A DNA stretch of 30,479 bases from positions 1 through 30,479 of the forward strand of contig JBKPAK010000299.1 of NCBI GenBank assembly GCA_046726415.1. The letters run 5' to 3'. The notes beneath the pieces are model-generated. The model did no database searches and had not been told where the DNA came from. It worked only from the letters and a program-made list of their open reading frames with translations. Within the stretch, counting starts at the first letter, position 1. Each line of letters opens with the position of its first letter. The translations under genes were made by a program, and so were the position numbers. This document shows positions 17,658-30,479 of the stretch, in pieces. The DNA comes from Candidatus Methylomirabilota bacterium (GTDB lineage: Bacteria > Methylomirabilota > Methylomirabilia > Rokubacteriales > CSP1-6).

Positions 17658-18259
17658 TGTTCACCGGCATCGTCGAGGAGGTCGGGCGGGTGCGTCGTTT
17701 CTCCCGAGACGGCCAGACGGCCCGCCTCGAACTCGAGGCCGATGTCACCACCGAAGGAAGCGAAATCGGAGCCAGCGTCGCCGTCAATGGGGTCTGTCTC
17801 ACCGTGGTCGACCGGTACGCGAACGGCTTCGCCTTCGAGCTTGGTCCCGAGACCCTGGCCGTCTCGACCTTGGGGGAGCTTCGGGTGACTGATGGCGTGA
17901 ACCTCGAGCGCCCTCTTCGGTTCGGAGGCGCCCTGGGCGGTCATCTCGTCCTCGGGCATGTAGACGGGGTGGGCACGGTCGAAGGGGTAACCCGTGTAGA
18001 ATCAACGGCCAGGATACGGATCGCGCTGGGCGGTTCGGAGCTCGAGCCTCTCCTCATCGCCAAGGGTTCGGTGGCCGTCGACGGGGTGAGCCTAACGGTG
18101 GCAGCACTCGGGGTGCGGACGTTCGAGATCATGCTGATTCCGCACACCCTTTCGTCGACGACCTTGGGAAAGCTCCGGCCGGGCCAGCGCGTCAACATCG
18201 AGGCGGACGTCATCGGCAAGTACCTGCAGCGGGCGCTGGAGCTGAGGGGGATCGCATGA
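17657..18259 (+). CDS. ribE: Riboflavin synthase (alpha chain)
   Basis: [30 protein letters not shown] and [13 protein letters not shown]. Confidence 0.96.
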   Translation: MFTGIVEEVGRVRRFSRDGQTARLELEADVTTEGSEIGASVAVNGVCLTVVDRYANGFAFELGPETLAVSTLGELRVTDGVNLERPLRFGGALGGHLVLGHVDGVGTVEGVTRVESTARIRIALGGSELEPLLIAKGSVAVDGVSLTVAALGVRTFEIMLIPHTLSSTTLGKLRPGQRVNIEADVIGKYLQRALELRGIA

Positions 18260-19467
18260 TTCGGTTCGCGACGATCGACGCGGCCATTGCGGAGATCCGC
18301 CGGGGGCGGATGCTCGTGGTGGTCGACGACGAGGATCGCGAGAACGAGGGAGACCTCGTGATGGCGGCCGACGCGGCCACCCCGGAGACCGTCAACTTCA
18401 TGGCAAAGTACGGTCGCGGCCTGATCTGTGTCCCCATGACGGGTGAGCGACTCGACGAGTTGAAAATCCCCATGATGGTGACCGACAACACAGCGCCCAT
18501 GGGGACGGCGTTCACAGAGACGGTTGATGCCCGGCGAGGCGTATCGACCGGGACGTCGGCTTACGACCGCGCCGTGACGATTCTCGCCCTCGTCGATCCC
18601 GCGACGCACCCAGAGGATCTCACGCGGCCGGGCCACATTTTCCCGCTGCGCGCCATGCCGGGCGGCGTGCTGCGCCGCGCCGGCCACACCGAAGCCGCCG
18701 TGGACTTGGCGCGGCTGGCCGGGCGGGCCCCCGCTGGCGTCATCTGCGAGATCCTCGACGAGTCAGGGGGTATGGCGCGCGGACCGGAATTGGCCGAACT
18801 GGCCGAGCGGTTCGGCCTCACCATCATCACGATTAAGGATCTCATCAACTATCGCCGGCGCCATGAAAAGCTGGTGCGCCGGATCGCCACCACCAGGTTG
18901 CCCACCGAGTTCGGCGAGTTCACGGCCGTGGCCTACGAGACCACGGTCTATAACCGCGTCCATCTCGCCCTCATCATGGGTGATGTGACGGACGACGAAC
19001 CGGTGCTCGTCCGGATGCACTCCGAATGCTTGACCGGCGATGTCTTCCGCTCGCGACGGTGCGACTGTGGATCGCAGCTGGAAAAGGCGATGGCGATGAT
19101 TCAGGCCGAGGGCCGCGGTGTGGTCGTCTATCTGAAACAGGAGGGTCGCGGGATTGGGCTTCACAACAAGATCCGCGCCTATGAATTGCAGGATCAGGGG
19201 AAAGATACGGTGGAGGCCAACCAGGCGCTGGGGTTCTCGGCCGATCTGCGCGACTACGGGATCGGGGCACAAATCCTGGCCGATGTCGGTGTGAGGAATC
19301 TCCGCCTCCTGACCAACAACCCGAAGAAGATCGTCGGGTTGGAGGGCTATGGGCTCCACTTCGTGGAGCGCGTGCCTATCGAGATCCCGGCCACCGAGGC
19401 CAACCGCAAGTACCTCAGCACGAAGCGCGACAAACTCGGCCACCTCCTGACCTCGCTCCCCGACTGA
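18256..19467 (+). CDS. ribBA: Bifunctional DHBP synthase / GTP cyclohydrolase II
   Basis: [38 protein letters not shown] and QEGRGIGL. Confidence 0.97.
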   Translation: MIRFATIDAAIAEIRRGRMLVVVDDEDRENEGDLVMAADAATPETVNFMAKYGRGLICVPMTGERLDELKIPMMVTDNTAPMGTAFTETVDARRGVSTGTSAYDRAVTILALVDPATHPEDLTRPGHIFPLRAMPGGVLRRAGHTEAAVDLARLAGRAPAGVICEILDESGGMARGPELAELAERFGLTIITIKDLINYRRRHEKLVRRIATTRLPTEFGEFTAVAYETTVYNRVHLALIMGDVTDDEPVLVRMHSECLTGDVFRSRRCDCGSQLEKAMAMIQAEGRGVVVYLKQEGRGIGLHNKIRAYELQDQGKDTVEANQALGFSADLRDYGIGAQILADVGVRNLRLLTNNPKKIVGLEGYGLHFVERVPIEIPATEANRKYLSTKRDKLGHLLTSLPD

Positions 19468-19659
19468 CTGGCCGGAGAAACGCGGTGCATGGGTGGGGCC
19501 GTGGGACGTGTCGAGCAGGAACCGCGTTTGCCGACGTCGCCGCGGAGCAATTGGTAAGGCGGGGAGGGAGAGGTGGTCACCGCCTCCGCCATCGCCTTCA
19601 TGGCGGTGAGAGGGGTCGGGGAGAAGCGGCGCCCCCTCACCCCGACGTCGATTGATCAC

Positions 19660-20172
19660 ATGACCGGATCGGCGCCCCGGCCCCGCCGCCCCCCGCCGCG
19701 ACGAAGCGTCCGCGGGCGCTTCGCCATCGTGGCGGCGCGCTTCAACGAACCAATTGTGATGCGCCTCGTGGAGGGTGCGAGGCATGCCTTCGCGGAGGCC
19801 AAGATCCCGGCCGTGCTGGTGGAGCTGCACTGGGTCCCCGGATCGTTCGAGCTTCCGCTGGCCGCCCTCCACCTCGCTGCGACGAAACGGTACGCCGCCA
19901 TCGTGTGTGTCGGCGTGGTCATCCGCGGGGAGACCCCGCACTTCGAGCACGTCGCGCGGGAAGCGGCGGCGGGAATCCGCCAGGTGGCACTGACCACCGG
20001 CGTGCCCGCCACCTTCGGAGTTATCACAACCAACACCGAGGAACAGGCCTGGGCTCGGGCGGGGGGCAAGGTGGCCAACCGCGGCGAGGAGGCGGCCACG
20101 GCGGCCCTGGAGATGGCGGGGTTCGTCCGGCGGATTACCGCCGGAAAGGGCGGGACGGGTGGGTCGGCGTAG
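19660..20172 (+). CDS. ribH: 6,7-dimethyl-8-ribityllumazine synthase
   Basis: IVAARFN, VPGSFELP and GVVIRGETPHFEHV. The start is uncertain; ATG 19660 was chosen. Confidence 0.95.
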   Translation: MTGSAPRPRRPPPRRSVRGRFAIVAARFNEPIVMRLVEGARHAFAEAKIPAVLVELHWVPGSFELPLAALHLAATKRYAAIVCVGVVIRGETPHFEHVAREAAAGIRQVALTTGVPATFGVITTNTEEQAWARAGGKVANRGEEAATAALEMAGFVRRITAGKGGTGGSA

Positions 20173-20575
20173 GAAGGCGCGGGAAGTTGCCCTGCAGTTT
20201 CTCTATCAGCTCGACGTCAGTGGCGACGACGATCCCCGATCGCCCGCCGAGGAATTTTGGTCGCGACATCCCGTTGACCAAGAGGCCCGGGCGTTCGCCG
20301 AGGAGTTGGTCGTCGGCACCAAACGGAACCAAGGCAAGATCGACGCGCTCATCGCCCAGTCGGTCGAGCACTGGGATCTCGAGCGCATGTCCGCGGTGGA
20401 TCGCAACATTCTCCGCGCGGCGGTCTACGAGCTGCTCGGGCACCCCGAGGTACCGCCCAAGGTGGCCATCAACGAAGCGATCGAGATCGCCAAGAAGTTC
20501 GGGACTCAGGAGTCGAGCCGCTTCATCAACGGCGTGCTCGATCGCATCGCGCGCGAACTGCGAGCGGTTCTCTGA
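20159..20575 (+). CDS. nusB: Transcription antitermination factor NusB
   Basis: RRRKAREVALQFLY, VDRNILR, VAINEAIEIAKKFG and FINGVLD. Canonical position after ribH. Confidence 0.96.
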   Translation: MGRRRKAREVALQFLYQLDVSGDDDPRSPAEEFWSRHPVDQEARAFAEELVVGTKRNQGKIDALIAQSVEHWDLERMSAVDRNILRAAVYELLGHPEVPPKVAINEAIEIAKKFGTQESSRFINGVLDRIARELRAVL

Positions 20576-20585
20576 GCCGTCCGTC

Positions 20586-21311
20586 GTGCGCTACGCCATC
20601 CTGTCGGACATTCACGGCAACCTCGATGCGTTGCAGGCCGTCCTGGCCGACGCGGCCCCGCGCTCAGATGCCCTCCTCTGTCTGGGGGACGTCGTCGGCT
20701 ACGGGGCGGATCCAGAGCCCTGCCTCGAGGTGATAGCCGAACGAGCGGTGGCCTTTGTCGGGGGCAATCACGAGCACGGAGTGGCCGGGCTTCTCGATCT
20801 CGACTGGTTCAATCCCTATGCCCGGGCGGCCGCAGAGTGGACCCGCGAGCGGCTCGACGATGACCATTGCCGGTACCTGGCCGCACTGCCGCTGGAGTGG
20901 GAGATGGTGGACGCGACGCTCGTGCATGCCTCCCCCATCCAGCCTGGAGAATGGGACTACCTCGTCACCGCCGAGGATGGCTTCTCCGCTTTTCGGGGTT
21001 TCGCCACACGCCTGTGTTTCGTCGGCCACTCTCACCGTCCCGCCGTGTGGTCGCTGGGATCGTGGGGTCCCCAATTTCAGCCGGGGAACGTCGACGTCAG
21101 GATCGATGCCGGCCGGCGCTACATCGTCAACGTGGGAAGCGTGGGGCAGCCGCGTGATCGGGACGCGCGCGCGGCCTATGCGATCTGGGATGTCGAGGCA
21201 GGTCGGATTTTCGGACGCCGAGTCGCCTACGACGTGGCCGCCGCCCGCGGGAAGATCGAGCGGGGGGGCTTGCCGAAGTTCCTCGCCGACCGCTTGGCCA
21301 TCGGCGCCTGA
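20586..21311 (+). CDS. Calcineurin-like metallophosphoesterase
   Basis: SDIHGN, LGDVVGYG, GNHE, HAS, GHSH and NVGSVGQPRD. Start reassigned to GTG 20586. Confidence 0.92.
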   Translation: MRYAILSDIHGNLDALQAVLADAAPRSDALLCLGDVVGYGADPEPCLEVIAERAVAFVGGNHEHGVAGLLDLDWFNPYARAAAEWTRERLDDDHCRYLAALPLEWEMVDATLVHASPIQPGEWDYLVTAEDGFSAFRGFATRLCFVGHSHRPAVWSLGSWGPQFQPGNVDVRIDAGRRYIVNVGSVGQPRDRDARAAYAIWDVEAGRIFGRRVAYDVAAARGKIERGGLPKFLADRLAIGA

Positions 21312-21316
21312 CGCGC

Positions 21317-22846
21317 GTGCCCTCCCGCGAGACGCTGATGTGCGCGGCGACGACCGCCGTCTCCGGAATCGCCCTGGCCCTCGCCTACCCGCGCTTCGAC
21401 CTCTCCGCGCTCGCCTGGGTGGCGCTGGTCCCCGTGATCGTCATTGCTCTGGGGCGGGCCCCGGCCGTCGCCTTCGGCTGGGGATGCCTGGCCGGCGCCT
21501 GCTTCTTCTTCATCCTGCTGCGGTGGCTGAACTTCACCTTCTCCGTCTACAGCGCCATCCCCTGGCCGCTTATCTACGCGCCGACCGTGGCCCTGGCCGG
21601 CTACTGCGCCCTCTATGTCGGCCTCTTCGCCGCCGTGCTGGCGTGGCTGACAGCCCGCCGCTCCATCAGCTGGGCCCTTGGGGTGGCGCCGTTCGTGTGG
21701 GTGGTCGCCGAGTGGGTTCGGGGACACTTCCTCGGTGGGTTTCCGTGGGGCCTGCTCGGCTACTCCCAGTACCGGGAGCTCGTGGTGATCCAGGTCGCCG
21801 AGCTTGGCGGCGTGTATGCCGTGTCGTTCGTGCTGGTCGCTGTCAACAGCGCGGTGGCCGGGATCTTCGTGGCGCCGCGGCGCCGGGCCCTGGCCGGCGT
21901 GATCGCCGTCGCGATTCTGGTGACGGCGACCCTCGCCTTCGGAGCGGTGCGGCTCGAGGCGACCGAAGCCCGGCGCGCCGACACGGCGCGGGTGGGCATC
22001 ATGCAACCCTCGATCGAGCAACCGCTCAAGTTCGATCCGAACCACGCGGCCCAGACGCTCGCCATTTACGTGGAACTGACTCGCCGCGCCGCGGGCGATC
22101 AGCCGCGCCTCCTCGTGTGGCCAGAGACGGCCTTGCCCGGCGCCCTCCGCCGCGACCCGGCGCTTCGTCATCTCCTCAACGACTTGGTCAGGACCTTCCA
22201 TGTCCCGATCGTGGTGGGGTCGATCGATGTCAGCGATGGCGTGCCGGTCTCGTACCGGAACAGCGCCTTCCTCGTGACCGAGCGAGGGCTGCAGGAGCGA
22301 TATGATAAGATTCAACTCGTTCCGTTTGGTGAGTACGTGCCCTTTTCCGCGCTGCTGGGGTTCGTCCGCGGCTGGGCGGAGTTCATCGCTGATCTGGAGC
22401 CCGGCGCGCGTCCGCTCGTCTTTCCCGGCCCGCCCGCGCCGTTCGGCGTCGTGATCTGCTATGAGGGCATCTTCCCCGAGCTTGTGCGAGAGTTTGTGAA
22501 GGATGGCGCGCGGTTCATGGTCAATATGACGAACGACGCGTGGTTCGGGATGACGAGCGGCCCCCCGCAGCACTTGGCGATGTATCCGTTCCGCGCGGTG
22601 GAGCATCGGCTCGCCGTGGTCAGGGCGGCCAACACCGGGATCTCGGCCTTCATCGCACCGAGCGGGCGGATCGCGCGCTCCTTGCCGCTCTTCGAGCGGG
22701 GGACGCTGGTGGACTCGATCGCGCTGCACCCGACCACCACGCTGTACACGCGATTCGGCAACTGGCTCGTCTGGCTTTCGGCGGCCATCACCACCGCCGG
22801 GCTGGCCGGGGCGCTGAGCCGCCGGGCGCCTGAGGCCATCGCATGA
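21317..22846 (+). CDS. lnt: Apolipoprotein N-acyltransferase
   Basis: Multi-TM N-terminus, GGFPW, and nitrilase triad motifs WPE, KIQLVPFGEYVP and ICYE, plus TNDAWF. Confidence 0.96.
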   Translation: MPSRETLMCAATTAVSGIALALAYPRFDLSALAWVALVPVIVIALGRAPAVAFGWGCLAGACFFFILLRWLNFTFSVYSAIPWPLIYAPTVALAGYCALYVGLFAAVLAWLTARRSISWALGVAPFVWVVAEWVRGHFLGGFPWGLLGYSQYRELVVIQVAELGGVYAVSFVLVAVNSAVAGIFVAPRRRALAGVIAVAILVTATLAFGAVRLEATEARRADTARVGIMQPSIEQPLKFDPNHAAQTLAIYVELTRRAAGDQPRLLVWPETALPGALRRDPALRHLLNDLVRTFHVPIVVGSIDVSDGVPVSYRNSAFLVTERGLQERYDKIQLVPFGEYVPFSALLGFVRGWAEFIADLEPGARPLVFPGPPAPFGVVICYEGIFPELVREFVKDGARFMVNMTNDAWFGMTSGPPQHLAMYPFRAVEHRLAVVRAANTGISAFIAPSGRIARSLPLFERGTLVDSIALHPTTTLYTRFGNWLVWLSAAITTAGLAGALSRRAPEAIA

Positions 22847-23947
22847 TCGCCGGCGACGCTAAGCGCGAGCTCACCGACCTGGTCCGCCGGATCGAAGACG
22901 TCCGGAGGCATCTTTGACGTTTCGGCCAAGGAGAAGCGCCTGGCCGAGCTGGAGGCGGAGATGGGCACGCCGGCGTTCTGGGAAGATAACCGCCGGGCCC
23001 AGGAGCTGATCCGCCAGCGCTCCGAGCTGTCCCGCATCACCGGAACCGTGGCTGAGCAGACGAGAAATGCCGAAGACCTCGCCGTCTTGATCGAGCTGGC
23101 CGCCGACGAGGACGACCATGGGCTCGGGGAGGAGATCACCAGCGGCCTGGCGCGCCTGCGTGCCGCGCTGGAGGGCTTCGAGCTGAAGCTCATGCTGTCG
23201 GGAGCGCACGACAGCAAGGCGGCCATCGTGTCCATTCATCCGGGGGCGGGCGGCACGGAGTCGCAGGACTGGGCGCAAATGCTCATGCGCATGTATCTGC
23301 GCTGGTTCGAGCGCGCGGGCCTCAAGGGGGAGGTGGTGGATCTGCTCCCCGGCGAGGAGGCCGGCATCAAGTCGGCCACGATCGAGGTGAGCGGCGAGTA
23401 CGCCTATGGCTACCTGCGCGGCGAGACGGGCGTGCACCGCCTGGTGCGCATCTCCCCTTTCGACGCCTCCAAGCGCCGGCAAACGAGCTTCGCCTCGGTG
23501 TCCGTGACCCCGGAAGTCGACGATGTCGAGGTGGTGGTGAAGGACGAGGAGATCCGGGTGGACGTGTACCGCTCGTCGGGACCCGGCGGGCAGGGAGTGA
23601 ACACCGCGGACTCCGCCGTGCGTATCACGCACGTGCCCACCGGCATGGTGGTGGCTTGCCAGAACGAACGATCGCAGTTGCGGAACCGCGACACCGCCCT
23701 GCGTATCCTCAAGGCCCGGCTGTACGAGCTGGCCGAGCGAAAGCAGCGCGAGGAGCTGGCGGAGTTGACGGGGCAGAAGAAAGAGATCGCCTTTGGCAGC
23801 CAGATCCGCTCCTACACGTTTCATCCGTACCAGCTGGTCAAGGATCATCGGACTGGTTTCGAGGTCGGCAACGTGGAGGGCGTGATGGACGGCGACCTCG
23901 ACGAGCTGATCAAGGCCTACCTCTTGTGGGCGAGGGGACGGGCGTGA
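22843..23947 (+). CDS. prfB: Peptide chain release factor 2, expressed by programmed +1 frameshift (join 22843-22914, 22916-23947; 367 aa)
   Basis: 24 codons from ATG 22843 end in GGAGG-CAT-CTT-TGA-C. The +1 frame carries the SPF and GGQ motifs. Confidence 0.97.
22904..22918 (+). promoter_or_regulatory. prfB frameshift cassette (internal SD plus CTT TGA C)
   Basis: GGAGG at 22904-22908, 3-nt spacer, CTT 22912-22914 and TGA 22915-22917. Confidence 0.95.
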
Positions 23948-25458
23948 GCGAACAACCGGAGAACGAGCAGGTCCGCCAGCGCCACGAGAAGCTCAACGCG
24001 CTGCGGGCGCGCGGCATCGACCCCTTCGGGGGGCGCTATCCCGTCACCCACTGGGCGCGAGGGTTGACGGAGACCCTGGGTGCCGCCAGCGACGACGAGC
24101 TCAAGACCTTGGGCCCGGTGAGCATGGCCGGACGCATCGTCGCCGTGCGGGATCACGGCAAGACGTGCTTCGCCGAGCTGATGGACTACACCGGCCGCAT
24201 CCAGCTCTACGCTCGGGCCGATCAGCTCGGCGATGAGTTTTCCCTCTTCCGACTGCTCGACGTCGGGGACTTCATTGGGGTCACCGGCGAGCTGTTTCGG
24301 ACGCGGACGGCGCAGCTCACCGTCGCCGTGAAGGTTTTCAGCTTCCTCTCCAAAGCGCTGCGCCCGCTGCCGGAGAAGTGGCACGGGTTGCGCGACGTCG
24401 AGACTCGGTACCGGCGCCGCTATGTGGACCTGGTGGTGAACCCGGAGGCGCGCGAAATCTTCGTGCTCCGTGGCCAGCTGGTGCGGGCCATCCGCGCGTT
24501 CCTGGACGCGCGCGGCTTTCTGGAAGTCGAGACGCCGATGATGCAACCCATCCCGGGGGGCGCGGTGGCCCGTCCGTTCGTCACCCACCACAACGCGCTG
24601 GGCATCGACCTCTACCTGCGCATCGCCCCGGAGCTGTACCTGAAGCGCCTGGTGGTGGGCGGATTCGAGCGGGTCTACGAAATAAACCGGAACTTTCGCA
24701 ACGAGGGCGTGTCGACCCAGCACAACCCCGAGTTCACTATGCTGGAGTTCTACCAGGCGTACGCCGACTACGGCGATCTCATGCAGCTGACGGAGGAGCT
24801 GTTCGGGGAGCTCGCCCGCACGGTGCGCGGGCGGCTCGACCTCCCCTGGGGCGAGCACGTCATCGATCTCACCCCCCCCTGGCGCCGGCTGACCTTCTTC
24901 GAGGGTCTCTCCGGTGCCTTGGGCCTCACCGTCACCCCGGACACTGACCCCGGCGTGGTGGCCGAAGCCGCCGCCGCGCGCGGCGTGACCTGCGACCCAG
25001 TGGCATCGATGGCGACACTGTGGAAGGACGCCTTCGAGGCCCTGGTGGAACCAACCTTGATCGCGCCGACCTTCGTCCTCGATTTTCCCGTGGAACTGTC
25101 GCCGCTCTCCAAGCGGAAGCGCGAGGATCCCAGGCTGGTGGATCGCTTCGAGCTGTTCATCGGCCAGCGCGAGCTCGCCAATGCCTACAGTGAGCTCAAC
25201 GACCCGATCGACCAGCGCGAGCGCTTCCTGGATCAGGCCGCGGCGCGGGCGAGCGGTGACGACGAGGCCCACTGGCTGGACGACGACTACGTGCGGGCCT
25301 TGGAGTATGGTATGCCGCCCGCCGCGGGGGAGGGGATCGGCATCGACCGCCTAGTGATGCTGTTCGCCAACCAGCCGTCGATCCGCGAGGTCATCCTCTT
25401 TCCCCATCTTCGGCCGGAGGGTGGTCGCCGCCCAGGCGACGACGCGGAGGAGGCGTGA
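23944..25458 (+). CDS. lysS: Lysine--tRNA ligase (class II)
   Basis: [37 protein letters not shown] and [19 protein letters not shown] 23944 overlaps the prfB stop. Confidence 0.98.
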   Translation: MSEQPENEQVRQRHEKLNALRARGIDPFGGRYPVTHWARGLTETLGAASDDELKTLGPVSMAGRIVAVRDHGKTCFAELMDYTGRIQLYARADQLGDEFSLFRLLDVGDFIGVTGELFRTRTAQLTVAVKVFSFLSKALRPLPEKWHGLRDVETRYRRRYVDLVVNPEAREIFVLRGQLVRAIRAFLDARGFLEVETPMMQPIPGGAVARPFVTHHNALGIDLYLRIAPELYLKRLVVGGFERVYEINRNFRNEGVSTQHNPEFTMLEFYQAYADYGDLMQLTEELFGELARTVRGRLDLPWGEHVIDLTPPWRRLTFFEGLSGALGLTVTPDTDPGVVAEAAAARGVTCDPVASMATLWKDAFEALVEPTLIAPTFVLDFPVELSPLSKRKREDPRLVDRFELFIGQRELANAYSELNDPIDQRERFLDQAAARASGDDEAHWLDDDYVRALEYGMPPAAGEGIGIDRLVMLFANQPSIREVILFPHLRPEGGRRPGDDAEEA

Positions 25459-26690
25459 GACAGGGGATGCCCTTCGAGCTGTTTCTCGGCCTCCGCTACC
25501 TGCGGGCGCGCGGGCAGCGGGCGACCATGTCGCTGTTCGTGTGGATTGGGGTCGGCGGGGTCTTTCTGGGCGTGGCCGCGCTCATTGTCGTGCTCGCGGT
25601 GATGACCGGTTTCCAGGACGGGATCCGCGACCGCATCATCGCCGGCAATCCTCACCTCCTCCTGTTTCAGGCGGGCGGTCGCGGCCTGATCGGAGCAGAC
25701 AACCTCGCCCACCGGGTCGAGAAAGTCTCGGGGGTCCAGACCGCCACGCCGTTCGTCCTCCAGCAGGCGCTCTTCAGCAGCGCCGGGGGCGGGGCCCAAG
25801 GGGGACTGGTCCGCGGTGTCGATCTCTCCTCGCCGGCCGTGGCGTCGGCGATCACGAGTCAGCTTCGGCGAGGTTCGGTGGAGCCGCTGTCGAAGGGCGA
25901 GCCCGCCATTCTGCTCGGCCTCGAGCTGGCCCGGGCGCTCGGCGTTGTCACCGGAGACAGCGTCACCTTGATTTCGCCGCAGGGCGCCATGACTGCCGTA
26001 GGGATGGTCCCCAAGATGCGGCGCTTCACGGTGGCGGGGACGATCGAGATCGGCATGCACGAGTTCGACGCCTCCATCGCCTACCTCTCGCTCGGGGCGG
26101 CCCAGGAGTTCGCCGGGCTGACCAACGCCGTCACCGGCATCGAGGTGAAGCTCACCGATCCGTTCGCCGCTAAGCGGGTGGGACGGGCGGTGGCCGCGGC
26201 GCTGGGACCGGGCTTCTGGATGCGCGACTGGATGGAACTGAACCGCAACCTCTTCGCCGCCCTCCAGCTCGAGAAGCTCGCGCTGTTCGTGATCGTCACG
26301 ATCATCGTGCTGGTGGCGGCCTTCGCCATCATCGGACACTTGGTGCTGCTGGTGGCGGAGAAGCGCAAGGAGATCGGAATCCTCAAGGCCATCGGGGCCT
26401 CTCGGGCGACCATCACCACGGTGTTCTTGGTCATCGGCATGACCATCGGTCTCATCGGAACGGTGAGCGGGAGCCTCGTGGGCCTCGCCCTCATCTGGAT
26501 CCAGAACACATTCAAGATCATCCGGCTGGCGGGAGACGTCTACCAGATCGACTACCTGCCCATGAAGCTGACGCGCGGGGACTTCGCGCTCATCGTCAGC
26601 GCCACCCTCCTGCTCTCGTTTCTGGCCACCGTGTTCCCGGCGCGACGGGCGGGGGCGCTGGCGCCCGTGGATGTCCTGCGCTATGAGTGA
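25455..26690 (+). CDS. lolE: Lipoprotein-releasing ABC transporter permease (single LolC/E type)
   Basis: [35 protein letters not shown] and C-terminal PVDVLRYE. Alternative start at ATG 25467. Confidence 0.92.
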   Translation: MRQGMPFELFLGLRYLRARGQRATMSLFVWIGVGGVFLGVAALIVVLAVMTGFQDGIRDRIIAGNPHLLLFQAGGRGLIGADNLAHRVEKVSGVQTATPFVLQQALFSSAGGGAQGGLVRGVDLSSPAVASAITSQLRRGSVEPLSKGEPAILLGLELARALGVVTGDSVTLISPQGAMTAVGMVPKMRRFTVAGTIEIGMHEFDASIAYLSLGAAQEFAGLTNAVTGIEVKLTDPFAAKRVGRAVAAALGPGFWMRDWMELNRNLFAALQLEKLALFVIVTIIVLVAAFAIIGHLVLLVAEKRKEIGILKAIGASRATITTVFLVIGMTIGLIGTVSGSLVGLALIWIQNTFKIIRLAGDVYQIDYLPMKLTRGDFALIVSATLLLSFLATVFPARRAGALAPVDVLRYE

Positions 26691-26724
26691 CGCCGGCGCC
26701 CGTGGTTGTCTGCGCGATGAGTGA
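26683..26724 (+). other. 13-codon mini-ORF created by a duplication of the lolE/lolD junction
   Basis: [13 protein letters not shown]. It starts in the ATGAGTGA overlapping the lolE stop and ends in the second ATGAGTGA overlapping the lolD ATG. Confidence 0.6.
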
Positions 26725-27454
26725 CGCCGGCGCGCTCCTGATCGTCGCTGAAGACCTGGACAAGGAGTACCGCTCGGGACCAGAGATGCTCCGTGTACTG
26801 CGCGGGGCATCCCTCATCCTCCGGGCCGGCGAGATGGTGGCGCTGGTGGGTGCCTCCGGGGTAGGCAAGTCCACCCTCCTGCACATCCTGGGCGCCGTGG
26901 ATCGGCCCACGGCGGGGCGCGTGCTCTTCGCGGGCGAGGACGTGTTCGCCCGGAGCGAGGCAGCACTCACGCGATTCCGTCGGCAGGAGGTCGGCTTCGT
27001 CTTCCAGTTTTACAATCTCCTCTCAGAAATGACGGCGCTGGAGAACGCCATGGTGCCGGCTCTCCTCCAGCGTGTCCCGACTCGAGAGGCGCGGGCCCGC
27101 GCCGCCGATGCGCTCGCCGACGTCGGGCTCGGCGACCGCCTCCAGCACCGCCCGGGCGAGCTTTCCGGAGGCGAACAACAGCGGGTTGCCATCGCTCGCG
27201 CGCTCATGAACGCGCCGCGCGTGATCTTGGCCGACGAGCCGACCGGCAATCTCGACCCCAAGACGAGCGGGGTCATCTACGACCTGTTCCTGCGCTTGCA
27301 GGCGGAGCGCGGGCTCGCGCTCCTCATCGCCACCCACAATCCCGATCTGGCGGCAAGGGCGGACCGCGGCTACCGGTTGGTGGAGGGGCGAACCGTCGAG
27401 CACCTCCGCCGAGCCGTTGCGCGCGATGAGGACGTCGAAGAATCGAGGGGTTGA
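26717..27454 (+). CDS. lolD: Lipoprotein-releasing ABC transporter ATPase
   Basis: [34 protein letters not shown] and ADEPTGNLD. In-frame GTG 26687 is an alternative start. Confidence 0.92.
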   Translation: MSDAGALLIVAEDLDKEYRSGPEMLRVLRGASLILRAGEMVALVGASGVGKSTLLHILGAVDRPTAGRVLFAGEDVFARSEAALTRFRRQEVGFVFQFYNLLSEMTALENAMVPALLQRVPTREARARAADALADVGLGDRLQHRPGELSGGEQQRVAIARALMNAPRVILADEPTGNLDPKTSGVIYDLFLRLQAERGLALLIATHNPDLAARADRGYRLVEGRTVEHLRRAVARDEDVEESRG

Positions 27455-27498
27455 GTGACGCGCGACGAAAAACGGTGGCGGCGCTTTCTTCGGTGGAG

Positions 27499-27504
27499 TA
27501 TAGT
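27499..27504 (+). promoter_or_regulatory. Candidate -10 (TATAGT) for clpC
   Basis: Lies in the lolD-clpC gap, about 75 nt before GTG 27580. SD-like GAGGGGG at 27567-27573. Confidence 0.5.
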
Positions 27505-27579
27505 GAGAGCGACTAACTAGCCGTCCGCGAAAGCAAAATCGCGTGCGGGCGGTACTGAAAAGGGGTGAGGGGGCGACCT

Positions 27580-30027
<2,448 letters not shown>

Positions 30028-30049
30028 GCGGGATCGTCCGGGGCCGCGG

Positions 30050-30479
30050 GTGGCGGCGGGAACGCGGCGGCACCTTGCGGTTCGCCTCCCGTTGGCCCTG
30101 GTGCTTCTGGCTTGGGTAGGTGGGGGGGCTATCGCCCACGCCCAGCCCCAACCGCCCATCATCATCAAGGAAATCACGGTCGAAGGGAACCGCCGCGTCC
30201 AGGAGGCAGTGATTCTCGGGCGCGTGCGGAGCGCCCTGGGCAGCCCGTTCAACCCCGGCCAGCTCTCGGATGACATTCGCGCCATCTTCGCCCTCGGTTT
30301 CTTCGACGACGTCCAGGCCAAGGTGATCGACTTCGAGGGCGGCGTGCGCCTCACGTTCGTGGTGAAGGAACGGCCCTTCGTGCGCGACATCGCGTTCGTC
30401 GGTAACAAGGTCTTCAGCACCGCCACCTTGCAGGAGAAAGTCGAGGTCAAGCTCGGCAGCGTCTACAACCCGGTGGAGG
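30050..30479 (+). CDS. bamA: Outer membrane protein assembly factor BamA, N-terminal part running off the window end
   Basis: Signal peptide ending AHA, then POTRA-type sequence IIKEITVEGNRRV...DDIRAIFALGFFDDV...FVVKERPFVRDIAFVGNK. Confidence 0.88.
   Translation, partial: MAAGTRRHLAVRLPLALVLLAWVGGGAIAHAQPQPPIIIKEITVEGNRRVQEAVILGRVRSALGSPFNPGQLSDDIRAIFALGFFDDVQAKVIDFEGGVRLTFVVKERPFVRDIAFVGNKVFSTATLQEKVEVKLGSVYNPVE

Noticed and set aside
22915..22917. prfB as a pseudogene
   Set aside because: The internal stop sits in the canonical programmed frameshift cassette.

Overview
GC-rich bacterial DNA from a diderm (it carries lnt, lolE/D and bamA). The gene order and style suggest a Rokubacteria/Methylomirabilota-like lineage, which is an inference. 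The window has three parts. (1) About 1-1970 is a decayed accessory patch: two DUF1801 genes, a solitary integron attC site followed by a chimeric lipoprotein ORF, an orphan frameshifted hicA toxin, and a tRNA-like 3' fragment that may mark an island end. (2) About 2330-4460 holds a 38-aa CxxC-x18-HxxC micro-protein absent from the ORF track as a separate gene, a HIT hydrolase, and a secreted protein with 32 RGQDVQAP octapeptides behind a sigma54 promoter and an IHF site. (3) 4692-30479 is a co-oriented housekeeping cluster: tlyA-nadK-recN-secA-smc-rodZ-ftsY-ribD-ribE-ribBA-ribH-nusB-metallophosphoesterase-lnt-prfB (programmed +1 frameshift)-lysS-lolE-lolD-clpC-bamA (partial). Within it, tlyA, recN and secA look leaderless. 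Two gene junctions (ftsY/ribD and lolE/lolD) have been duplicated into mini-ORFs that relay one gene's stop codon to the next gene's start. Family calls come from motif recognition; no searches were run.
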